Origin: Malacoraja senta
Lineage: Eukaryota
Direction: 5' to 3'
Assembly (NCBI GenBank): GCA_038087875.1
Contig: CM075977.1
Location: 168,020,001 to 168,084,000, forward strand
Length of the DNA stretch: 64,000 nucleotides
In this document: in pieces, positions 51,716 to 62,649 of the stretch
How the letters are laid out: every line of letters begins with the position of its first letter
Numbering within the stretch: position 1 is the stretch's first letter
The notes under the pieces: generated by a model
The model's input: only the letters and a program-made list of their open reading frames with translations
The model's database searches: none
Told to the model about the DNA's origin: nothing
Made by a program: the position numbers and the translations under genes

Positions 51716-52382
51716 CTTTTCTATGTTTCTATGTTTCTAGGACGGTGGGTATATGGAAGGAGCAGCCAGTGGAAGTGGTTGAGGCAAGAACAATAACAAT
51801 ATTTAAAAGACATTTGGATAGGTAAATGGATTGGAAAGGTTTAGAGGAATATGGATCAAACGCAGGTAAATGGAGCTGGTCTATGTGAGCATCTTGATCG
51901 GTGTGGAGGAGTTGGGCCAAGGACCCTTTTTCAATGCCATATGGCTCTTTGACTTCATGAGTAATTGAGAGTAATTATAAGGAAATCATTAAACACAATG
52001 ATGAGAACAAAACAGCAGAATAGTGCAAGATTGTTGTGCGATCCAAAGCAGTGCTAGTAATGCTTTATGTAGGAAATGTAGAAGATGAGTAGTTTGTAAC
52101 ATGTTTAGCTCAAGAGTTTATGTATTGTGAAAGCACGATGGGAAAAGATGCTAACATAGTGAAGGGAACCTAAGGATGCTAGGAGAGGCAATAAATACAT
52201 ATATCAGGTGTAAATTCCACATGTAACGGGAATAGAGGTGTCCTTTATTGCACCCATTTGTTAGGCAAATAGAGGAATTATATCCTAAGACAGGAAACAG
52301 GTTGAACGTGGTCAACGGTGAATTGGGCATAGGATATGCACCCATTTGTTAGGTAAATGGGGGGAATTGTTTCCTAGTGACA

Positions 52383-52620
52383 GGACAATGCGGTGGCACA
52401 GCGGTAGAGTTGCTGCCTTACAGCGATAGAGCCCTGGGTCCCGGGTTCGATCCTGACTACAAGTGCTGTCTGTATGGAGTTTGTACGTTCTCCCCGTGAC
52501 CTGCATGGGATTTCTCCGAGATCTTCGGTTTCCTCCCGCACTCCAAAGACGTACAGGTTTGTAGGTTAATTGGCTTGGTATAATTGTAAATTGTCCTTAG
52601 TGTGTGGAGGTAGTGTTAAT
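52383..52620 (+). mobile_element. HE1-like V-SINE, 3'-truncated by the next element
   Basis: tRNA head and V-domain intact, tail absent. Confidence 0.85.
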
Positions 52621-53924
52621 GGGTACCCGGACGTGGCGTCGAAGCAAAGAAGTTGAAGCTAAAGAACGGAATGGAAACGAGGCCAAAACGCCAATAAACT
52701 GAAAGAGTCCGAAGACGAAACCCCTACTAACCGAAAGGATGGGACGCCTAAATGCAAACTAACCGAAAGGGCGGGACGCCTAAATCTCAAGGAACTGAAA
52801 AGCTGCGTCGCCTAAAAGCAAACTTACCGAATAGCTGCTCTGTCGAAACGCCACCTACCCGAAAGGCGTCGTCGCCTAAAGGCCAAAGGACCGACTGCCG
52901 CTCAACAGCATAGTCCAATAACGGACTTGACGTTGCCGGGGAGCGGGACATGTCAGTGATTGGTCCAGACCCCCGCGCCCATCACATCACTGTGAAGGCA
53001 TGAACATTGTCTCAAACCTCCGCTGCACCGGACCGCAGAGGGTGGCCGTGGGAGAGTGGGGGCTGTCCCGAGCGATGCACACCTTCGGCCGCTTTCAACT
53101 TGGTGCTTGGGTTCAGATTGCCCAGTCACCTATGGCTTGTGTGGGAAAATGAACCCCACGCTCCCCCTTCTCTCTCCCATCTTCTCTCTCTCACCCTTTC
53201 TCTCCCCCTCTCTCTCTCCCTTCCTTCTCTCCCCTCTCCCCTCTTTTCTCTCTCCCCCTCACTCTCCCTTCTCTCTCCCTTCTCTCCCCTCTTCTCTCTC
53301 ACCTCCTCTCTCTCCACTCTTCTCTCTCTCCCCCTTCTCTCTCCCCCTCCCCCTCTCTCCTTCCCCTTCTCTCCCCCTTCTCTCTCTCCCCCTTCTCTCT
53401 CTCCTCCGTCTCCACCCGTGGGAGCATCCCACAGTCACTGACCACGATCGGAGGGAGGGGGGGGGAGGGAGAATCACCCTGGTGTGGGGGTTGGGGTCCG
53501 ATGGCGGTGCATCGCGGTCAGTGACTGTGGGACGCTCCCGCGGGTGGAGACGGAGGAGAGAGAGAAGGGGGAGAGAGAGAAGGGAGAGAGGGGGGGTGGG
53601 GAGAGAAGGGGAGGGAGAGAGAAGGGAGGGAGAGAGAAGGGAGGGAGAGAGAAGGGAGGGTGGGGAGATGAGGGGAAGAGAGAGGAGGAGATAGAGAGGA
53701 GAGAGAGAAGTGGAGAGAGAGAGGAGGAGAGAGAAGGGAGAGAGAGAAGGGGATAGAGAGAAGGGAGGGAGAGAGGGGGGAGAGAGGAGGGGAAGAGAGA
53801 GGAGGAGAGAAGGAAGAGTGGAGAGAGGGGAGGAGAGAGAGAAGAGGGGAGAGAGAAGGGAGAGAGAGAGAGGGGGAGAGAGAGAAGAGGGGAGAGAGAA
53901 GGGGGAGACTGGAGCGTGGGGTTC
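52621..53924. mobile_element. Probable non-autonomous DNA transposon or foldback: phased subterminal array plus internal palindrome
   Basis: 32-bp periodic array at 52683-52900; inverted arms 53151-53448 and 53511-53924. Confidence 0.55.
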
Positions 53925-54085
53925 CACTGGAAGCTCATTCCACACAGCTACCACTCTCTGAGTAAAGAAGTTCCCCCTAATGTTCCCTCTAAACTTCTGT
54001 CCCTTAATTCTCAAGTCATGTCCCCTTGTTTGAATCTTCCCTACTCTCAATGGGAAAAGCTTATCCACGTCCACTCTGTCTAACC
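53925..54085 (-). mobile_element. CR1 3' fragment
   Basis: DVDKLFPL...TRGHDLRIKGQKFRGNIRGNFFTQRVVAVWNELP. Confidence 0.85.
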
Positions 54086-54499
54086 CGCTATATGATGAAA
54101 GGGAAAACCATTGTATTGGCTGTTAATGAGCCATCAGCAATATCTTGAGAGTATTGAAAGAAAAGAACTATCTTCCATTTCATAGGCACTAGCAGCTGAG
54201 TGCACTTGTATACCTAATGACATCCCCGATCTCCGCTGTGGTGGGCATGCTGTCAACCTCAAATGCACACATTCCTGCTGATTTACTTATGAGTTTACTT
54301 CTTTAACAAGCTACCCTAATGTCAGTATGATGTGGAGACTAAGCCAGAGATTGAGTAAGGCTGTGTTCTTTATGCTGAGATCAGCTGCTGAAAGCATAAT
54401 CATCTTAAGATACTGGTCCCATTAGGAAAATGTTGAGGAATATTTGCATAACAAATTACTGATATACATCGCACATTACAATGAGTGTAGGCTCTTAGA

Positions 54500-57400
54500 G
54501 TGATCAAATAAAAGACACCCTGCATAACGTTGGAGAATAGTGGGTGAAGAACTAATCATTTATGTCCCACTTATGGTATTGCAGAAACGATAAAGCAGCA
54601 CAGAAATTGTCAGTTGTGCTGTCCCATAAAGTTTCTCAAGGCTCAAACTGGAAGCCACACAACCTTTGTTACTTCCGTAAAGAATTGACTCACATATGTT
54701 GTTCACAAGCTTCTCATACAATCGTGCAGAGCTAGCTGGCTGAGAAGACAGGCTGTCCCAGCCGTCACACGTGAATGAGTAAATAAGAGTTGCTTCAGCT
54801 GCCTACCATGGCGTGACTGAATAGGCAAATTGGTACTGTTAAATTCCATGTTGCCTTAAATGTAATATCGCCAGAGATATCTACCGATAAGATTTATCAT
54901 TTGCAATATTGCATAATACCTAAAACTCGATGACATAATGCCCTTAATCTGAGAAGAGCAGCATAGGCTTTCACCACTAGCTTTGTTATTAAACAGCAGA
55001 AACTGTGCCTTATGTGTATAGATATGACAGAGTATGCAACTACAAGTCCTTCTCTAAGTCCATTAAATTGCAGACACCCAATCATCCATCTTAAACTGGG
55101 TAAGTAAACCCACAATTTGATTAGCCTAATGCAAACCCGATTTGGCCTGCACCATATTTCTGTAATCTTGATAAATATACCCCTCTGGTCCTTGGTCAGA
55201 CCACACATCCTCGGATGAGTTGTCACTGATTGCACTTGGAACCGCTGTTCCTCCGTTGATCCTACGGACAGAATTTTTTTGGCTTTCCTACCTGCGGAAG
55301 ATGCATTATCTAGTTATTCATACATATCGCTGATAATATATAATCAGCAGCTAATGACTCGAACTGAAACCACAGTCTCCCTTAGATATGGGAATACTAG
55401 TTCCCTGTCAATTCTTGATTTAAGAGTCACCATAAATACGTAGCGTTTTCCTTCAGAGTGGAGATTAGTATAATGCAAGGCTGAATCAGGAATACCTCGC
55501 AGTCCTTTGACTGAGACCACATGACTAAGTCTCTAGAATGCATAACACAATCTCTTTGACCCACCACTCAATCAGGAATAGTGGTATTGAGAACCTATGG
55601 GATATTATGAATACATTGTTGATTCACAACATGAACCTGCAGGTCAGATAAAGTTATAATATATGCCAGACGAGGTTTTTGTTGGTAACTACCTGTCCCA
55701 GAAAGGATGGCAATGATGATTCCAATGAACCAGTAACTCTGCTAACTGAAGAGAATTAAACCATATGTTGAGAAAACTTCAACTACTTTATTCTATTGAC
55801 CAGTCTGATAACCTCTCATAGATGATGAAACAGTGCTTCTCTGGTCAATATGACTTGTATGGCCAGCCAGTTTCATGATGGTTTACCCTGATCCAGGATA
55901 ACCAAACTGTTCCTACTTGGAACTACAGAGGTTACTGTGTAAAGCATCTTGCCAATGTCTCTACATTAACCTGATCTTATCCCAGAGAATGTGAAAAACT
56001 GACTAGACAGCCCATGCTGGCAGTAAACCCAAGCTGGGCTGGCAGACTGCTCCATTTCGGAGTTTACGGAGTTAATAACAAGACCTTACTTACCAGCGTC
56101 TCTAACCCCAGGTTGATTTCCTTTGTTGGAGCTTCAGCGAAGTTCCATTTGCAGACCCTGTCCATCATGCTTGTCATTTCTGTTAGATAGGTGATGCCGC
56201 TGGTCAACTTCTCTTATGGTGGCTTGCCCATCCCCGAGGGAATAGCAAATTTAGAGGCAAGAGCACACAGCTTTTCCTCATGTGCTTGACGTACATCATG
56301 CATTAAAGCATGGGATCCCGGCACATAATCATGTTCAGGCTCATGTTTGGAGTTAGTCCGTACTGACCTTTGACACTCTCTTAGAGTGGGAGAAAAAATT
56401 GCACCATGAACCAGGTGTTGCCATATCCGTATGCCTCGAACTGTCTGTTCATGCTTCTATAATACCGAGCATATTTTGTGACACCATCTCCGATAGTCTT
56501 TCGGGTGGGAGTAAAATGCGAACCTTGAAACCAGGGCAGCTACAGGCATATGACTTGAACTGCCTGTGTATGCTTCCGTAATACAGAGCATAATATATAT
56601 GGCTCCATCTTCATTACTTCATACATCCGAATGGGAGGACTTATGCAAACTTGAACCAGGAGCTGCCTCAGGCATGTGTGCATATACTTTGGCACCATCT
56701 CCATCACTACATTCAACCGAGTGGGAGGAAATTGCAACCCTGAACCAGGAGCTGCTTCAGGCATATGTGCATATACTTTGGCACCATCTCCACCACTCCT
56801 TACATTTGAGTGGGAAGAAAATTTGCAACCCTGAACCAGGAGCTGCTACCTGACATGCCTTCATAAGACGGAGCATTCCTTGTGTTATAATTTGATTCAT
56901 CAGATGTTCGTAATTGAAACAAACCCCCAATCATATCTGACATAGATGTCCGAAGACTTGGCTATGACTTTGCCCCGACTTGGGGTTGTCAGGCTGCACC
57001 TGCTAGTGACTCTGAGTCCTTGCTCCCTTCCGGTGCCAATGGAGTATTACAGTGAAGGACTGAAGCGCCTCTGGCCCCCATACGCCAGACAGAGTGGGAG
57101 AAATGCTGCAACCCTGCCAAGTGTTGTCATCGGCAATGACGTTTAGTTGACTAAAAGAACCCTATCCCTATTAAATCAGAGATTTGATTACTTTATAGAT
57201 ATGCATAAAGTTGGCACCTTTTGTAAAGGAATCTTCCACAGTCCCCTCTGATGAGCGGAAATTACCACGACGCCACCAGGTGTAGCTCCCACAGGTGACT
57301 GATAGGCACAGCTCAAACAAGGCTTCCCAAGCCAGGAGCTCTGGACTGCAATGGCAGGTCCACTTCCACTACACCTTTTTATTGGTGTAAGTGATAATAA

Positions 57401-58377
57401 ATGTCCCTTGTAATTTTCTCTTTTAAAACATAAACTAAATTGGCATGATAAGACATATTTGTGATATTGCCGAAGAATTAAACCTGAACTGATAAAATTA
57501 TAGAGCAAAGGATACCAGCACAATGGTGCAGCTGGTAGAGCTGCTGCCAGAGACCTGGGTTCACAGCACCAGAGACCTGGCTTCGATCCTGACCACAGAT
57601 GCCATCTGTGTGAAGTTTGCAGCTTATAGAATGCTATCGGCTATGATAGTCACAAACGTGACCCTGTGGCAACTGTTATAAATGACAACTTTATTATAGC
57701 CATCCAATTGAAAGAATACACTATATGTGGCTGTAGCATAGCTGTAGCAGTAACTTTGTTAAAATTGTTTGGTGCTACAGCAGGCTGAGCTACCTAAGCG
57801 GTAGCTGTCGGCCGCAGCTATTTTTAAAACTCACCTGCTGCTGGAAATCTCCTGCAGTAACTATAGACCTGGCTGCCGGCAACTGCAAATTATGAATGTA
57901 AGCTCCTTACCCAGCTTCACGCTGTCTCTGACTCTGGCTGCCTGCTCCCGTATGGAGCTCTGATGCCGTCAGCTGCAACAACTTATCCTAGTTGGTGCTC
58001 TCTTATTAGGGCCGTCTGCTGCAGACTATAACAGCAACAGCCGTAAACCCAGCTCCTAAAGCTCCGTAAACCCAGCTCCTACTCTCAACTGGGTCGTCCG
58101 CTGCCGTGCAGACTAACGGCAACAGCCGCATGGAGCCCTATAACTTCAGCCGCCTGCTCACGTTGGAGACTGCGGCGAAAATATATTACTTGTGCTAGCT
58201 CCAGTGGAGCTTCCAAGCTACTTTTTTGGGGCCCGCTATAGAACGGCCTGAAGAAAATTGACTTACCTTGCAGTGCAGTGAGACTGCTCCGCTCGCGCCA
58301 TGCGCTAGAGCGTATTGTCATGCATGCAGTCTGGTGGGCTTCTTCACGTAGTCACTCATGTGACTTCGAAATAAAAT
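54500..58377 (-). mobile_element. DIRS1-type retrotransposon 5' half (left terminus, gag-like region, decayed RT)
   Basis: Terminus 58341-58377 matches the ICR at 60801-60837; RT-like LQFNGLREGL...ITKLVVKAYAALLRLR on the minus strand; left boundary approximate. Confidence 0.6.
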
Positions 58378-58984
58378 TGTCATCTACACTGGCAATGGAA
58401 CAATTACATTGCTTTATTACAATTACATGGGACAGTTTCTTCCCAGCTGTTATCAGGCAACTGAATTATCCTACCACAACCACAGAGCAGTGCTGAACTA
58501 CTATCTGCCTCTTTGGTGATCCTCAGACTATCCTTGATTGAACTTTGCTGTCTTTACCTTGCACTAAACGTTATTCCCTTAACATGTATCTATACACTGT
58601 AAATTGCTCAATTGTAATCATGTATTGTCTTTCTGCTGACTATTGTGTTGAGCTTCTTCCTCAGGGCATACATTGAATCATCTTTCTGTTTCCCCAATCA
58701 CATAACATTTTATGGCATAAATAATGTCTTAATAATCATAAGCCTTGAATGTCAAAATCAGTGATGGAAATGGGTTTTAGGAACTAGGGGTACTCTAAGG
58801 TCCTTGAGGCAGAGGTTGGGAAGGAAGGGGGGGGGGGGTTATGTGCGGTCATACCCATGTAAGAGTACAAGAATGCATAACTTGTTTATTGTGTATTTAT
58901 AATATAGTTTATTGTGTAATATATGTCATAGCTGCTTTCTAGCATCTCTTTCTCTCTCAGACAGACGAAAGAAATGATCATAGT

Positions 58985-59403
58985 AGAATAGATGACATTT
59001 TGGGTCGAGACCCTTCTTCAGACTGGCAGTCAAGGGAAAGGGAAACGGGAGATATAGGCATATCTTCCATTTATTTGTCCTTAGTACCATCTATATCTCT
59101 TGTTCCTCTTTCCCTGACTCAGTCTGAATAAGGGTCTCGACCCGAAATGTCATCTATTCCACTCTATGATCGTTGCTTTTGTCAGTCTGTCCGCTCGTTT
59201 GCTCACCCTTGGATTAAGTAGTGAATTCACGCCATTCCCCTCCCATTCCCAATCTGACTTTTCTGTCCTGGGCCTCCTCCATTGTCAGAGTGAGGCCCAG
59301 CACAAATTGGAGGAACAGCACCTCATATTTCGCTTGGGTAGCTTACACCCCAGCGGTATGAACATTGACTTCTCTAACTTCAAATAGCCCTTGCTTTCCC
59401 TCA
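58985..59403. mobile_element. Penelope ends (two opposed hammerhead-like cores) and GIY-YIG C-terminus
   Basis: Cores at ~58994-59021(-) and 59124-59152(+); HKLEEQHLIFRLGSLHPSGMNIDFSNFK. Confidence 0.8.
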
Positions 59404-61138
59404 CGGGGGAGGAATGTTATTTTATGTCTTTTCTCCATTTTGCCTCATCAGTCGGGTCTTGCAATAAATTCAGCAAGATCCCGCTTCAGGGTTTTTGTAC
59501 TGTCTTTCTGGCCTATGCAGCCATGGTTTCCCGCAAATGTTGGGAATAATAATAGAACCTTATATGGGTATTCTAAACATAAAACTTTGCTGGTTCAGCC
59601 TGGGACTCGGGGAACCAGCCTCTGCATGATTAATCAAGTCATTGCCTTACAGAATTTGAGAAGACTGCTCCTGTGGCTCGGATTGTCAGACCGATCCATG
59701 TATGTGCTCACTGCAGAGTGCAGGGATAGCACCAAAAAAGCAGTACATTTCCTCTTCAGGAGATGGGAAGCGTTCTGTTTAAATGCTATGTTACATATAA
59801 TACGGCATGGATACTGATGCCTTAGAGTTCATTTTCAAATGGGTCCTGACAATAAATTCAGTCATAGTCCCATTAACTGTGCCCAACGTGCTTTCTCATC
59901 ATAATTGCTGCAGCGAGCGGGACCCGCTCTGTCGGGTCTCACCCTCTGATATCCAGTTTTTTAAGGATATCTTTAACACAAGTTCTCCCAGACCCAAGTA
60001 CACGGAAATATGGGATATTGACATTGTGTTAACACTACTTCACCAGGGGGCTCCAGCTATATCCATATCATTGGCTCGGCTCTCATAAGGTAGTTATCCC
60101 TTGGCACTGTTCTCAGCGCAACGTGTCCAGTCATTACATAAATTGCGACTGGACAGGATGGTTACACCTGCTAATAATATAATATTTCATGTTTACGATT
60201 TAGTTAAGCAGGGCAGCCCACGGGTGTCAGGTCTCAAACTAGTTCTCATGGCATACCCCATGCATCTTCGGTTATGTGTGGTCACACATTTACAACATTA
60301 CGTCAAGGTCACCTAGAGCCTTAGAGGCTCTGATACTAGCTATGTTTGTTAGTTACAAAAAAACTCATAAGAAGGTATCAGTTCAGACCATCTCCAGGTG
60401 GTTAAAACGGGGTTTTGGCTTCTGCAGGAGTAGATACTAATTTTCTAATCTCATTCCACCAGGGCTGCTACAACATCAGCAGCAAGGGTTATGTACGGTC
60501 CTCTGGACCACATCCCGCCGAATGCAGGATGGTCTAACGAACGAGTTTTCCAAACATTTTATATTAACCCATTGCCAGACCAGGGGTATTTGCCAACTCT
60601 ATTTTAGGTTCTATTTTATAGTTTTCCCCCGGAAGAGAGGGGTTACTATTATTATTATTTGTTCATTTATCAGCATCAGCATGTTTTAAATCTGTCATGT
60701 CTGTAGGCATTATGAATGTTTCCCTTATCTGTGGTCAACTGATGCAGTCGTGCTTGTGTGGACTCATTTTTCCATGGCATGAAATCACAGAGCTTTGAAA
60801 TCTTAACGTAGTCACTCACGTGACTCCGAAGTAAAATAGTAAGATTAAATGAGAACTTACCAGTTTGAAGTTTGATCTTTATTTTATGAGGAGTTACGGT
60901 GAGCGATTACGTGCCCCCCGCTCCCAACCCTCGTATCATAAAGATCATCTGGTAGTTCTAGTCATCTCTAATCTTACTATGTCAGTTCAACAACAGTTAT
61001 CTGTGATTTCACACCGCTGCTTTGAAGATTGATGCGCATGCGGGCTGACGGCCTTCTTCACGTAATCGCTCATCGTAACTCTTCATAAAATTAAGATCAA
61101 ACTTCAAACTGGTAAGTTCTCGTTTAATCTTACTATTT
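59404..61138 (+). mobile_element. DIRS1-type retrotransposon 3' half: methyltransferase-like remnant, tyrosine recombinase pseudogene, ICR and right ITR
   Basis: FWPMQPWFP; PRPKYTEIWDIDIVL; ALFSAQRVQSL; LCVV; SHSTRAATTSAA (~60449); GWSNERVFQTFY; inverted repeat 60834-60913 / 61059-61138. Confidence 0.9.
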
Positions 61139-61794
61139 CTTTCCATTCATTTTTGAATGACAAATAATTTCAATTCAATTCAAAATGTACAGGTCTATTA
61201 CCAAGAAGATCTTGGAACATTTCACATTGTTTGTCAATGCTCTGCATAGTCTACTCTTCTCCCTCACTTTCCCAAAGTTTACTTAAATTTAGAGCCTTGT
61301 TTTCAGACTCATCCTTCTTCCTCTTAACTATTATATTGAATACCATTCAATGGTGACTGCCAAGCGTTACTGCACCATTAACTAATTGACTAACTCAGAC
61401 TAATTATTCATTACTTTTGTTAGCTGAAGGACATATCGTTCCAGTAAAATTGAACACAATATTCTAACTATGGCACAACCAACGATTTATACAAGTTTTC
61501 TATTAGGTTCTTAAGCATTATTTCCCATTTGAAAATGTAGCATATCATTTGGTTTTGAAGGTTTGTATATCTGAACCCTGATTTTTTTAATTGTGCACAT
61601 TTTATGCATCTCCTTTCTCCAAAATACCTCCCAAAATACATCATCGAGTTTTCAAGAGTGGGCAGAGCGGGCAGAGCGCAGACAGAAGAGCGCAGGGAGC
61701 GGGGAGCACGGGGAGCGCGGGTAGCGGGGGGAGCGAGGGGAGCGAGGGGAGCAGGGAGAGTGGAGGAGAGGGAAGAGCGGCGGAGAGGGGAGAG

Positions 61795-62188
61795 AGGCAC
61801 GGAGGCAGAGAAGCACGGAAGCAGAGAGGCACGGAGGCAGGGAGGCACGGAGGCAGAGAAGCACGGAAGCAGAGAGGCACGGAGGCAGGGAGGCACGGAG
61901 GCAGGGAGGCACGGAGGCAGAGAGGCACGGAGGCAGGGAGGCACGGAGGCAGGGAGGCACGGAGGCAGGGAGGCACGGAGGCAGGGAGGCACGGAGGCAG
62001 GGAGGCACGGAGGCAGGGAGGCACGGAGGCAGGGAGGCACAGAGGCATGGAGGCAGGGAGGCATGGAGGCAGGGAGGCAGAGAGGCAAGGAGGCACGGAG
62101 GCAAGGAGGCACGGAGGCAGAGAGGCACGGAGGCACGGAGGCAGGGAGGCACAGAGGCACAGAGGCACAGAGGCACGGAGGCAGGAAG
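61795..62188 (+). repeat. 8-bp-unit minisatellite (ggaggcac/ggaggcag)n
   Basis: Direct reading; explains the repetitive ORFs on both strands. Confidence 0.95.
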
Positions 62189-62649
62189 GCAAATAAAATA
62201 ACGTGGAATAATAAAATAACGTGATTTTACCTGAGCATGTACTCGCGGTCCGGTTGCCCTGACAGTGAGTTTAAGAAATTCTCCCTTGAATTTTATTCAA
62301 AGGAACGCGGTGTTAAAACACAATTACATTTACTGAGGAATGTGGATCGATGTATTGATGACACATTGTATAACTACTGTTAACTACTGGCTGTTAACAA
62401 GTGCTAACAGTGGCAGTTAACAAGTCGTTTTCATCTGAGTTGAATAAAATGAGAAATGGCTCGAATCTTTCTGCAGTACTCATTAAACCTGACCTGGAAA
62501 TTGAAAACAAGGGGAACACCGTACCCCTGCGTATCTCCCCATTTCCATCACTGGTCAAAATAACACCTTGGCCCATCTTGTGGTTTATGATGTAAGGCAT
62601 CTGTGGCAGTGACCACACCAACAAATGCAGTAGGCTGAACTCACGGTTA

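Noticed and set aside
52683-52900. CRISPR-like repeat-spacer appearance
   Set aside because: Motifs are only ~6 bp, there are no cas genes, and the context is eukaryotic transposon DNA
53007-54074. Several long Ser/Leu/Pro- or Arg/Glu/Gly-rich ORFs
   Set aside because: Produced by CT/GA low-complexity arms plus a CR1 fragment
61468-62224. Long ORFs on both strands (174-230 aa)
   Set aside because: Translations of an 8-bp minisatellite that lacks stop codons; not evidence of a gene
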